From an uncultured Gemmatimonadales bacterium (GTDB lineage Bacteria > Gemmatimonadota > Gemmatimonadetes > Gemmatimonadales > GWC2-71-9): a stretch of 64,000 bases of DNA. Location: NCBI GenBank assembly GCA_963821525.1, contig CAWGED010000019.1, forward strand, positions 384,001-448,000, read 5' to 3'. The translations under genes were made by a program, and so were the position numbers. The notes beneath the pieces are model-generated. The model had not been told where the DNA came from and ran no database searches. It was given only the letters and a program-made list of their open reading frames with translations. Positions 54,099 through 64,000 of this stretch are shown piece by piece; the first letter of the stretch is position 1; each line of letters starts with the position of its first letter.

Positions 54099-56483
54099 TC
54101 ACGAGGCGCTGCCTGCCGCCGGCACGGTTGTCTTCGGGGGACGCAATGTGAAGTGGAGGCTTGCGCCACGGTCGGCGTTGTTGGTGGCCCACAGACGCCC
54201 ATGATGCGCAGTGACGATGGTGCGACAAATTGCAAGTCCCAGCCCCAGGCCCTCGGATTTGGTACTCACGAAGGGCTGGAAGATGCGCTCCAGGTCCTCT
54301 GGAGGGATTCCGCTGCCCCGGTCGGCAACCGACACTTCGACTCCTCCATCGGTTAGCGCGACAGTTCGCAGCGTCAATGCTCGATCCGGCGCTTCGTCCA
54401 TGGCCTCGCGGCCGTTCATCAAGAGATTGAGCAGGACCTGCTGCAGTTGGACCCGGTCGCCCTCTACCAGGGGCAGCCCCACTCCGAGCTGCGTGTTGAC
54501 CGGTACGTTGCGGTTCAGGAGATCGATGCGCATCAACCTGAGGGCGTCGAGCGCGACTTCGTTGATGTCGAGCGGCAGGTGTTGCGCCGGGTCATTCCTG
54601 AGCAAGGCGCGCAGCCGGCTGATGACTCTGCTGGCGCGTTGGTCATCCTCGACGATGTCCGTGACGATGTCCCGTACCTCGTCGAGGTCATCTGGGTCCC
54701 CCGGCAATAATCGCAGGGCGGCTTGAGCGTTGCTGAGTATCGCTGTCAGCGGTTGATTCAGCTCGTGGGCAAGTGCACCGGACAGCTCCCCCAGCATCGC
54801 CACCCGCGAGAGGTGCGCCAGTTGATTGCGCTGCTGCGCCGCCTCCACCTCCAGTGCCCGGCGTGGGGTGATATCGATGATCGACGCCAGTATTCCGGTG
54901 CCCTCGGAAATATCGATCGGATTGAGGCCTACTTCGAGCGCCATTTCGCTACCGTCCTTGCGCCGGCCGTACAGATCGCGACCGGTACCCATCGCCCGTG
55001 CGGTTGGCGCCTGGAGGTAGCGGTGACGATTGTCGGCATGAGCGGAGCGGTGCGGCTCGGGAATCAGGATGTCGATGGAGCGGCCCAGCAGCTCTTCGCG
55101 GGTGTAGCCGAATACCCTCTCCGCCTGCGCGTTGAGCAAGGTGATCCGCCCCTCCTGATTGGACACGACAATCGCATTAGGGACGGCCTCCACCACGAGG
55201 CGCATCCGTTCATGCGCACGTTTGAGATCGGTCACATCGATGCACGAACCTATGTAGCCGACGAACCGGTCGCCCGCCTCGAAGCGGGGCACGCCGCTGT
55301 CGAGGATCCAGCAATACGCACCGTCGTGCCGGCGGAGGCGGTACTCCATCGTGAAAGCACAGTGCCCGTCGAACGCATCGTTATAAGTCCGAAGGCACCG
55401 GTCAAGGTCCGCCGGATGGACTCCCTCCACCCATCCGTTGCCGAGTTCCTGGTTCATGCTGCGGCCCGTGAAATCGAGCCAGCCCTTGTTGAAAAACGTG
55501 CAGAGGCGGTCGATGTCCGCCATCCAGATCATCACCGGCGCCGTGTCAGCGGTGGCGCGAAAACGCGCCTCGCTTTCCCGCAATGCCGCCAACGCTCTGT
55601 TGTGCTGGGTATCGGTGGTATGCAGCAGGCTGGCGTTGATCCAGACGAGAGCGCCCAGGATCAGGACGTTAGCCAACGCAAACACTCCGGTTCCGGCCGC
55701 GCCATCGATCCAACCAGCCGTCTGTCCCTTCAGCTGTAGCCAGCCCAGCAAGACTGGGACAACCAACACGGCCGGCACCAGGCGCCGGGCAATCAAGCCT
55801 CCCATGGTGTCGCTCGTCAGCAATGCCATCAGGCCCGCGTCGGTCCGGGTACAGAGAATGCCGACACTCAGGATCAGAAGCACCACTGCGGTGTGAACCG
55901 CCATCGGCGCGAAGGGCAGCAGCGGTCCGCCGCCATAGAGATAGCGACTGAACCCCAGCCACCCCAACAATCCGGCCGATAGGGAGAAGACCTGAAACGC
56001 AACACTGAAACGGGGGCGGGTCGCCAAGCCCAAGGCGCATCCCAGCAGAAGGAGGGCCAGCGCAGTCGGTGGTGCCATGCGAGTCGCGGTTGTTCCATCC
56101 GCACCGGGCGACTCCCGAAAGCCAAGCAGGTCGATGCCGAGATTCCAGCCCATCAGGTAGGCGGACAGCCTGAGCAACCCAATGAACGCCACCGCAGCAG
56201 CGAACCCTTGCCACGGCCAGCGCCTTGGCGATGACGGCATCCGTTCCGAACTCCGGCCCACCGCACGAGGACTTGTGGCGACAAGGCCGCAGAGTGCCGC
56301 TCCGGACAACATGAAGGCAAGCGCCGTGAGCGGGGCCATTGCTGCCCATTCGGGGGCAACGCGTTTCAGGACGTCGAGGTCCAGAATCCAGCCGAGCAAT
56401 ACGAATGCTCCCACCAGAAAAACCATTGCGCCCGCCAGGACAGCAAGCCTCCTGGGCAGCTCCGAGACCGGTGTTTCGCTCAT
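54099..56483 (-). CDS. Membrane PAS-PAS sensor histidine kinase (FixL-like)
   Basis: Multiple TM, two PAS domains, AHELNQPL, QQVLLNL, D.G.G, GLGLGL. Confidence 0.92.
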   Translation of the reverse strand: MSETPVSELPRRLAVLAGAMVFLVGAFVLLGWILDLDVLKRVAPEWAAMAPLTALAFMLSGAALCGLVATSPRAVGRSSERMPSSPRRWPWQGFAAAVAFIGLLRLSAYLMGWNLGIDLLGFRESPGADGTTATRMAPPTALALLLLGCALGLATRPRFSVAFQVFSLSAGLLGWLGFSRYLYGGGPLLPFAPMAVHTAVVLLILSVGILCTRTDAGLMALLTSDTMGGLIARRLVPAVLVVPVLLGWLQLKGQTAGWIDGAAGTGVFALANVLILGALVWINASLLHTTDTQHNRALAALRESEARFRATADTAPVMIWMADIDRLCTFFNKGWLDFTGRSMNQELGNGWVEGVHPADLDRCLRTYNDAFDGHCAFTMEYRLRRHDGAYCWILDSGVPRFEAGDRFVGYIGSCIDVTDLKRAHERMRLVVEAVPNAIVVSNQEGRITLLNAQAERVFGYTREELLGRSIDILIPEPHRSAHADNRHRYLQAPTARAMGTGRDLYGRRKDGSEMALEVGLNPIDISEGTGILASIIDITPRRALEVEAAQQRNQLAHLSRVAMLGELSGALAHELNQPLTAILSNAQAALRLLPGDPDDLDEVRDIVTDIVEDDQRASRVISRLRALLRNDPAQHLPLDINEVALDALRLMRIDLLNRNVPVNTQLGVGLPLVEGDRVQLQQVLLNLLMNGREAMDEAPDRALTLRTVALTDGGVEVSVADRGSGIPPEDLERIFQPFVSTKSEGLGLGLAICRTIVTAHHGRLWATNNADRGASLHFTLRPPKTTVPAAGSAS

Positions 56484-56598
56484 TCACGACCTCCTCTGTC
56501 GATGCATGGCGACAACCACGTGAGCCGTTCATCCCCAGGCGATGAGGATCCAGCTGCTCGAGTCTGGGAACAGGTTTGCAGGCGCCCCTACGGAGAAG

Positions 56599-59500
56599 CT
56601 ACTTCGTCTTGACCCGGTCCGCCGGCTTGCCAGGCAGCGTGCCCGGATTGGCCTGGAGTGCTTTCTGGATTTCGGCGATTGCCCGCTCCAGCTGCGGATC
56701 CCGACCCGCCAGGATCGAGGCGGGATCGTTCTCGACCTCGATGTCGGGGTCTACTCCGTATCCCTCGATGATCCACTCTCCAGTCGTGCTCGCGGTCGCG
56801 AACTCGGGAACAAATACCGTTCCGCCGTCGATCAGTGGTCCGTGCCCGGAAATTCCCACTACCCCGCCCCACGAACGCTTGCCGATCAACGGTCCGATCT
56901 TGGCCTGCTTGAACATTGCCGCGAAGATGTCGCCATCCGATGCCGAGTTCTCGTTGACGAGCCCCACCTTGGGCCCGACGAAGACGGCGTCGGGATAGGT
57001 GCTCGCGGCGTCGTCGGTGCGGGAGAAGTCCAGGGAGAGCAGCGTGCGCCGCAGACGCTCGATCAGCATCTGGGATACGTTGCCGCCGCCATTGTCACGA
57101 TCATCAATGATCAATCCCTGACGATGGATCTGGGGGTAGTACCACTTGATGAATTCGCGGATCCCGTCCTCGCCCATGTCGGGAACATGGATGTAGGCGA
57201 CGCGCCCTCCGGTCGCGTCGTCAACCCGCTTCCGGTTCTGCTGGACCATCTCGAGATACATGAGGTCCGACTCGTCGCTGACCGGCTCGAAGGTCACCTG
57301 GCGACCCGAATCGCCCTTGGCGGCTCGGCTCAGCGTCAGGGTCACCGGACGATCCGCCTTGTTGCGGAGGAGCTGATAGGGATCGGTCTGCGCCGTCAGC
57401 GGCTCGCCATCGATCTTGAGCACATAGTCGCCCACGGCGGCGTTCACGCCAATCCCGGTCAACGGGGAGCGATAGTTCTGCTCCTCGTTCTGCCCGCCGA
57501 AGATCTTCGCGATGCGATAGAGCCCGGTCGCCGAGTCCACCGCGAAACGGGCGCCCGGAAGCGCCACCCTGGGGCGCGCCGGCCGCTCCCAGTCTCCACC
57601 CGAGACGTAGGCGTGCTGCACGCTCAGTTCCGCGATCATCTCGGAGATGACGTAATTGAGGTCCGAACGGTGGGCCACGTACTGCAGCAGCGGGCGATAC
57701 CGGTTGCGAAGGCCTTCCCAGTCGTACCCGTGCATGTTCTTCACATAGAAGTAGTCCCGATACCGGCGCCACACTTCGTCGAAGATCTGGGCCCATTCCT
57801 GGGCCGGCACCCGGTCTACCGCGAGGCCGGCCGTCGAGACCGTCTTCTTGGAGCCGCCACCGGTCGGCGTCGCATCGAGTAGTTGGTAGGTCTTGGCGCT
57901 GGATAGCAGGACCTTCTTGCCGTCCTGGGAAAGCTCATAGCCATTGACGTCGGTGGCGATCGTGGTGTCCTTGCGCTCCGCCAGGGTATAGACCTTGAGC
58001 GCGGTCTTCCTGTCGTTGTCTCGTCCGTAGTAGAAGCCGCCGAACACCAGGTACAGCAGGTAATCCTTCGTGGCGGTGAGGCCGCCGATATTGTCGGCCT
58101 CGAGCGGAACCCGGGCGACTCTCGTCTCGATGCCGTCGAAGTCGATCTTGAGGCTGTCGGTCTTGGCGGCCGTACTATCCTTCGCCGCTTTGGGCTTCTT
58201 TTCCTTCTCCTTGGGGGGCGCCTTGGACGCGCTGTCGGCGACGACGGAATCCGGTTTCACCTCGTCGCTCTGCGGCGGGAAGGGATCCTTCACATCCTTG
58301 CGCAGGGCGAGCGCGAAGATCCCCGTGGTCCGATTCTCGGCGAAATTGAATTCGACGTTGGAGAGGAGGGGCTGGTATTCGCGATCGCTCAGGAAATACA
58401 GATAGTCTCCCTTGGGGTCCCACGCGGGGTTGTATTCGGCAAAGGGTTGCCCGGTCACCCGCCGCACTTTGCCGTCGCCAGCACTCCAGATGTAGACCGA
58501 CAACTCGTTGTCGAGGGCCCGCATGCTGAAGGCGAGGTAGTTGCCCCGCGGCGACCAGACGTAGTCCCCGATCGTGCCCCGCGGATCATCGGCCACTTCG
58601 ATCACCTTCTTGTCAGTCCGGCCCAGCACATAGAGCTTGCCATCCTTGTCGCCGAAGGCGATGCGCTTCCCGTCGGGAGACCAGACCGGATTGCTGCGGC
58701 GGGCCTTGCCGCCAGTCGTGAGCTGCGTCGCCTTGCCGGTCCCGTCCTGCGGGATCACCCATACTTCCTCTTCGCCGGTCTGGTCCGAGATGTAGGCGAT
58801 CTCCTTGCCGTCAGGAGACCAGCGCGCGTCGCGATCGTGGGCTCCCGACGAATTCGTCAGGTTCCGGGTCGGTCCCTTCTCGATTGGCGCCGTGAAGACA
58901 TCCCCGCGTCCCACGAACAGCGCTCGCTCTCCCTTTGGGCTCACGCTGAACCATTCGATCGCATCGGCCGCCGAGATATGCGACGGGCGGGACGCGACAG
59001 CGTCGGTCGGCACCGTGATGGAGATCGGCGTGGACTGCCCCGTCTTGGTGTCCAGTACCTGCAACTCGCCGCCCAGCTCGTAGACGATCCGGCCACCGTC
59101 TCCCAGGCTGGGCCAGCGCAAATCCCACGTCGTGCCCTGGGTCACCTGGCGCCGCTGGCCCGAGGCGATGTCGTAGGTCCAGAGGTTGAAGGTCCCGGTC
59201 TTGTCGGTGTTGTAGTAGATCGTTTTCTCCAGCCACATCGGATCCCGCTCAGCGCGGGGGCCCTCGGAGATCGGCTTGGCGGTCTTGCCCGCGAGATCGA
59301 AGATCCAGAGTCGATTGGCCTGTCCACCGCCGTAGCGCTTCTCCGAGCGGAAATCGCGGAACAGCGGGGAGTACACCATCTGCTTCCCGTCGGGAGAAAA
59401 TGCGCCGGCACCGGCCGTCGGCATCGGAAGCTGTACCGCGCTGCCACCCTCCGCGCTCACGGTGTAGAGATGGTTCTCCACCAGGGTCCAGCCATCGCGC

Positions 59501-59922
59501 AGGCTCCGGAACAGCACCCGCTTCCCATCCGGCGTCCAGCCATAGACCTGGTTGTCGTAGCCCCACCGCTCGGTGAGCGGCCCCCGCGCGGGATAGAAAG
59601 TGAGCTGCTTGGGAACGCCACCCGTTACCGGCACGACGTAGACCTGCTCATCTCCGTCGTACTGCCCGGTGAAGGCGATGCTCTTCCCGTCCGGTGAAAA
59701 CTTGGCGAACAGCTCGATACCCGGGTGTGCCGTGAGTCGAGTCGCGGTCCCTCCCGTCACCGGGGCAAGCCAGAGATCACCACCATAGGTGAAGACGACC
59801 TTGTCCCCGTGGATATCGGGGAAGCGGAGGAGTTTGGTCTGGGCGGCTGCGACTGAGGAAAGGCCAAGGGACAAAACGATGGCCAGCGCGGAGCGCATGG
59901 CGGCACGAGCGAGCATTGTCAT
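56599..59922 (-). CDS. Tricorn protease (S41B), exported
   Basis: LLRFPDIHG, PD40 propellers, PDZ, DNGGG, SASDGD, GVDPDIEV. Confidence 0.93.
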   Translation of the reverse strand: MTMLARAAMRSALAIVLSLGLSSVAAAQTKLLRFPDIHGDKVVFTYGGDLWLAPVTGGTATRLTAHPGIELFAKFSPDGKSIAFTGQYDGDEQVYVVPVTGGVPKQLTFYPARGPLTERWGYDNQVYGWTPDGKRVLFRSLRDGWTLVENHLYTVSAEGGSAVQLPMPTAGAGAFSPDGKQMVYSPLFRDFRSEKRYGGGQANRLWIFDLAGKTAKPISEGPRAERDPMWLEKTIYYNTDKTGTFNLWTYDIASGQRRQVTQGTTWDLRWPSLGDGGRIVYELGGELQVLDTKTGQSTPISITVPTDAVASRPSHISAADAIEWFSVSPKGERALFVGRGDVFTAPIEKGPTRNLTNSSGAHDRDARWSPDGKEIAYISDQTGEEEVWVIPQDGTGKATQLTTGGKARRSNPVWSPDGKRIAFGDKDGKLYVLGRTDKKVIEVADDPRGTIGDYVWSPRGNYLAFSMRALDNELSVYIWSAGDGKVRRVTGQPFAEYNPAWDPKGDYLYFLSDREYQPLLSNVEFNFAENRTTGIFALALRKDVKDPFPPQSDEVKPDSVVADSASKAPPKEKEKKPKAAKDSTAAKTDSLKIDFDGIETRVARVPLEADNIGGLTATKDYLLYLVFGGFYYGRDNDRKTALKVYTLAERKDTTIATDVNGYELSQDGKKVLLSSAKTYQLLDATPTGGGSKKTVSTAGLAVDRVPAQEWAQIFDEVWRRYRDYFYVKNMHGYDWEGLRNRYRPLLQYVAHRSDLNYVISEMIAELSVQHAYVSGGDWERPARPRVALPGARFAVDSATGLYRIAKIFGGQNEEQNYRSPLTGIGVNAAVGDYVLKIDGEPLTAQTDPYQLLRNKADRPVTLTLSRAAKGDSGRQVTFEPVSDESDLMYLEMVQQNRKRVDDATGGRVAYIHVPDMGEDGIREFIKWYYPQIHRQGLIIDDRDNGGGNVSQMLIERLRRTLLSLDFSRTDDAASTYPDAVFVGPKVGLVNENSASDGDIFAAMFKQAKIGPLIGKRSWGGVVGISGHGPLIDGGTVFVPEFATASTTGEWIIEGYGVDPDIEVENDPASILAGRDPQLERAIAEIQKALQANPGTLPGKPADRVKTK

Positions 59923-60139
59923 AGGGGTGGAGTTAGCGGGCGGAGTTTCCGGTGGGTGGTCTCGTTTTCAGGCGTCGACGGCGAATACTTGAAGGCGGCG
60001 CAATGTATTCGAGTGGTTGGGTGAGAGCTAGGCAACGGGAAGAAAAAGCCCCGCCGGTGGAACCTGGCAGGGCTACAATCTCGCCTTACGTGATTTTCCA
60101 TTAGACTCCACAAGACCCCACCCACCCATATGAGGTTCG

Positions 60140-60523
60140 ATGTCGCTCACGCTCGACCTGTTGCCGGAAACCCTCGCCATCTGCCGTCTGGAACCGGACG
60201 CCCCGGTGCCCACTTGGGCGACCGCGGCCGGCCCGTTCCTCACCATCAGCCGGACACCGGAGGAACTGTCGATTACCGTGGCCCAAGAGGCCGTCCCAGC
60301 CGATGTTCGTTGCGAGCGAGACTACCGGGCACTCCGTGTCCATGGCCAGCTCCCGCCGAATCTGGTCGGGATTCTGCTCTCGATCGCCCAGCCGCTGGCG
60401 AAGGCTGGTCTCGCCATCTTTGCCATCTCGACCTACGACACCGACTACGTGCTGGTGAAGCTGCGAGATCTACCGGCGGCCCTGAACGCCTTACATGGGG
60501 CCGGCCACCAGGTCAGCGGGTAG
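60140..60523 (+). CDS. ACT-domain protein (ACT_7 / CASTOR-like)
   Basis: ISRTPEELSI, LVGIL, IFAISTYDTDY. Confidence 0.85.
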   Translation: MSLTLDLLPETLAICRLEPDAPVPTWATAAGPFLTISRTPEELSITVAQEAVPADVRCERDYRALRVHGQLPPNLVGILLSIAQPLAKAGLAIFAISTYDTDYVLVKLRDLPAALNALHGAGHQVSG

Positions 60524-60930
60524 CCAGCGGAGCTCCCGGGAAGACCAGCCGCTTGACAGCAACCGCCTCGATTTCGACTCGGACCCCTCCGGGCAGGCTC
60601 GATACACCCACAGTCGAACGGGCCGGCCGGTGATCTCCAAACGCTCTGGCGTAGACCGCGTTCAGCCCCGCGTAATCGGCGAAGTCCACCAGGAACACGG
60701 TCGTTTTCACCACTCGGTCAAGATCCGACCCCGCGGTCTGCAGCACAATCCTCAGGTTGGCGAGCGCCTGGGTGGCGTGTTCCTCGATTCCCCCTGCCAC
60801 GACTTCCATGGTCACCGGATCGAGCGGGATCTGTCCCGAGGTGTAGATCAGATCCCCGGCGGTTATGGCCTGACTGTAGGGACCGTATACCCGTGGTGCC
60901 CGGCTCGGAGTAGGTGACCGTGAGTGTCAT
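60513..60930 (-). CDS. ridA: RidA family imine deaminase; apparent frameshift at ~60900
   Basis: GPYSQA, SGQIPLDP, VVKTTVFL, PARSTV, VEIEA. Confidence 0.88.
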
Positions 60931-60937
60931 GGCAGAT

Positions 60938-61498
60938 TCAGCGCCCTTCGACTGTGAGTCGCATCCAGGGGTGGATGCAGCATTGATAGCGTTCGATGCC
61001 GGGGTGTTCCACCGGATCGTCGCGGAAGGCTGCCGGAGCGATGAATTCATTACTTGCCGAGGGCGAGACACTCCGGAGCGGGTACCGTATTGCCAAAGGG
61101 TTCGTTGATGAAGTCCAGGAAGCCGCCGCCAAATTGCTCGACTTCCGTGAAGGTGTGGGTCTCACCGCCATCGTTGACCGCCCGGAGGATCGTTCCTACC
61201 GGGACCTTGATCGTCCCACCGGGCGCGAAGTGCCAGCCGCCCACCTTGTGATGCTGGCCAAGTAGAGCAAGGAACGACGGCAGGGTTACGCCCCCGCTGC
61301 GGATACAGACGTTGGGCCCAAGTGTGTTGAATGTCGTCGAATCGCAGGCATCCTTGATGTTGATTGTGCGCGGACCACTCGCGATCGCACCGTAGCCGGT
61401 CCACGCGAGGCGGTTGGCGTCATAGGCTTGGCGTCATCACACGCCGCGGCGGCCACGGCGACCAGCACACCCGCGGCGATACAGTAAAAGCGACCCAT
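60938..61498 (-). CDS. Cupredoxin-like lipoprotein; several apparent frameshifts
   Basis: Lipobox AAAC; N.GGETHTF and YQCCIHPWM type-1 copper ligands spread over three frames. Confidence 0.7.
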
Positions 61499-61708
61499 GC
61501 TCCCTCCCTCAAGTTGACGGTTCGTCCGCTTAGCCGAGTGGCCGTTGGAAGGTGAGCCAAGTTAGGGCGGCAGGTGGGACCCGACAGGATCAGGGAATGC
61601 CTGACGTGAGCTTCGGACATTCCGGAGGGAACGCATCAGACGGAGGGCTACACGCGGCCGCGAAACGTTTCATGCCGCCGCGTCGCCACCCTTACGCGCT
61701 GGCCCGCG

Positions 61709-61743
61709 AAAAAGCCCCGTCAGTCGTACTGCTGACGGGGCTT
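61709..61743 (-). terminator. Terminator after tRNA-Ile
   Basis: AAGCCCCGTCAG/CTGACGGGGCTT stem with T run on the minus strand. Confidence 0.75.
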
Positions 61744-61756
61744 CGCGTTGGGAGAG

Positions 61757-61830
<74 letters not shown>

Positions 61831-61844
61831 CAGAACGGGCCGAA

Positions 61845-61873
61845 ATGCTAACCGGACGCGCCGAGCCGGGCAA
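61845..61873 (-). promoter_or_regulatory. sigma70-like promoter of tRNA-Ile
   Basis: TTGCCC-N17-TAGCAT. Confidence 0.5.
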
Positions 61874-61895
61874 GGTTGCATGCCCTCTGAAACGA

Positions 61896-61925
61896 AACCG
61901 CCCCCGCGACTTCACGGGGGCGGTT
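61896..61925 (-). terminator. Terminator after typA and the acidic ORF
   Basis: AACCGCCCCCG/CGGGGGCGGTT stem followed by TCGTTTC. Confidence 0.7.
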
Positions 61926-61964
61926 CGTTACCGGCTCCGGCGGAGGGGCCGAGCCGAATGCCGG

Positions 61965-62201
61965 TCAGCGACGGCGAGGCTCATCGTCTTCGACATCGTC
62001 CACATCGGCGTCATCAAAGTCCTCGTCATCGAGGTCTTCGTCGTCGAACTCGTCGTCGTCGAAATCCTCGTCGTCTTCCTCGTCGTCGAAGTCGTCCTCC
62101 TCGTCAGTGTCATCGAAGGTGAACGCTTCTTCGTCATCGGGATCGTCGTCATCCCGGCGACGTGCCTCCAGCGCCTCCATCGATGCTTCCCACGCCAACA
62201 T
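61965..62201 (-). CDS. Small hyper-acidic protein (78 aa, 47 D/E)
   Basis: GGAGG 5 nt before ATG; GAC/GAG codon run; terminator downstream. Confidence 0.7.
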   Translation of the reverse strand: MLAWEASMEALEARRRDDDDPDDEEAFTFDDTDEEDDFDDEEDDEDFDDDEFDDEDLDDEDFDDADVDDVEDDEPRRR

Positions 62202-62241
62202 GAGTGCCTCCGGCTCGAGAAAGGTGGTGGGTACCTGCGAG

Positions 62242-64000
62242 TTAGGATGCGTCAGCCGCCCGCGCCGCCGCCCGGGCTGCCCGCTTGCGGTCAGTCGCCG
62301 CGAGCGCCCGCTTGCGCAGGCGAATGCTCTTCGGCGTGACTTCAATGAGCTCATCTTCCTCGATGTACTCCAGGGCATACTCGAGCGTGATCTGCCGCGG
62401 CGGCTCGAGCTGGACGTTATCATCCGATGCCGTGGTGCGCATGTTGGTGAGCTTCTTTTCCTTGGTCACATTGACGTCCATGTCACCAGGCCGGGAATTC
62501 TCCCCGGCGACCATCCCTTCATACACCTCGTCTCCCGGGGTAACGAACATCTGGGCCCGCTCCTGCAGGTTCCCCAGGGCGAAGGCTACGACACTGCCCA
62601 CCCGGTCGGCCACCAGTACCCCGTTCTTCCTGCCGGCCAGCGGGCCGGCCCAGGGGCCGTAGTCCAGGAACCGGTGATGCATCACGCCGGTTCCCCGGGT
62701 GTCCGTCAGGAACTCCGACCGGTAGCCAAACAGGCCGCGGGCGGGGATCCGGAAGGTCATACGGACCATGCCCTGCCCCGGGTTCTTCATCTCCAGCAAC
62801 TCCGACCGGCGAGGGCCCAGCTTCTCAATGACGGTGCCGATGTACTCCTCAGGCACATCGATCATCAGCTCCTCGTAAGGCTCCAGCCGTTCTCCCCCTT
62901 CGCCGATCCGGGTGATGACCCGCGGGCGGGAGACCTGGAACTCGTAGCCCTCGCGCCGCATCGTCTCCATCAGGATGCCCAGATGGAGCTCTCCGCGGCC
63001 CGCGACCGCCCAGGTATCGGGACTGTCAGTGTCCTGTACCTTGAGCGCGACGTTTCGTTCCAGTTCGCGGAACAGCCGGTCCCGCACCTGGCGGCTGGTG
63101 ACGAACTTCCCTTCGCGGCCGGCGAACGGGCTGTTGTTGATGATGAAGTCGACCGAGATGGTCGGCTCCTCGACCGCGATGCCTTCGAGCCGCTCCGGGG
63201 TGTCCACCGCTGTGATAGTCTTCCCGATCTCGATTCCCTCGAGGCCGGAAAGCACCACGATGTCTCCCGCCGCCGCCTCCTCCACCTCGACTTTATGCAG
63301 CCCGTCGAAGGTGAAGAGCTTGGTGATCCGGCTGTGCTCGATGATTTCCTCGCTCACCATGCCCGGGTACGCCCAGGGGGAGCAGGGCCACCTGGTCTCC
63401 CACCTTCACCCGGCCCCGCTCGATCCTGCCGATCGCCATCCGGCCCAGGAAGGTCGAGAAATCGAGGGTGGAGACCAGCATCTGGAATGGGAGATCCGAG
63501 TTCCCGCTGGGAGCGGGCACGTGGTCGAGGATGGACTGGAAGAGCGGCTTGAGATCGGTGCCGGGGTGATCGAGCTCCGCGGTCGCGGTGCCGGCCCGGC
63601 TCGAGGTATAGAGGAAAGGCGCGTCCAGCTGCTCGTGGGTCGCTTCCAGATCGATGAACAGCCCGAGCACCTCATCGTGCACCCGGAGCGGTTCGGCGTC
63701 GGCCCGATCGATCTTGTTGATCGCCACGATCGGACGGAGGCCCAGACTGAGCGCCTTCCGGGTGACGAACCGGGTCTGCGGCATCGGCCCTTCGGCGGCA
63801 TCCACCAGGATCAGCACCCCATCCACCATGCGGAGAATCCGCTCCACCTCACCACCGAAATCGGCGTGGCCGGGGGTATCCACGATGTTGATCTTGGTCC
63901 CGCCCCAGTGCACCGCGGTGTTCTTGGCCAGAATGGTGATGCCCCGCTCCCGTTCCAGCGGGTTCGAGTCCATCACCCGTTCTTCGACCTGCTGATTGGC
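62242..64000 (-). CDS. typA: Translational GTPase TypA/BipA; 5' end off the window; apparent frameshift at ~63362
   Basis: [49 protein letters not shown]. Confidence 0.96.

Overview
GC-rich bacterial chromosomal window; the gene style (Big_1-type Ig lipoproteins, ECF43-kinase pair, tricorn protease) suggests Gemmatimonadota, which is an inference. About 20 apparent 1-nt indels split otherwise intact genes, most likely long-read assembly errors. Contents, left to right: a giant (>2,200 aa, truncated at the left edge) Ig-repeat surface protein, small beta-barrel proteins, SURF1, peptidases and hydrolases, an Ig+RCC1 lipoprotein, a five-tRNA cluster (His, Trp, Glu, Glu, Lys), an ABC-F protein, aceK divergent from icd, sufE with a rhodanese, an Ig+M8 metalloprotease lipoprotein, a polyamine ABC transporter with an amine/beta-alanine catabolic cluster, fbaB, a sulfatase, ggt, an ECF sigma factor plus Ser/Thr kinase, an orphan PAS histidine kinase, tricorn protease, ridA, a cupredoxin, a stand-alone tRNA-Ile, a 60% acidic small ORF and typA (truncated at the right edge). 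I saw no CRISPR array, integrase or transposase. Most notable: (1) a family of lipoproteins sharing the same two Ig stalk modules with different head domains, each preceded by a sigma54-like -24/-12 motif and often an IHF-like AT-rich site; (2) many intergenic hairpins built from 7-nt tandem repeats whose unit differs from locus to locus, often starting at stop codons.
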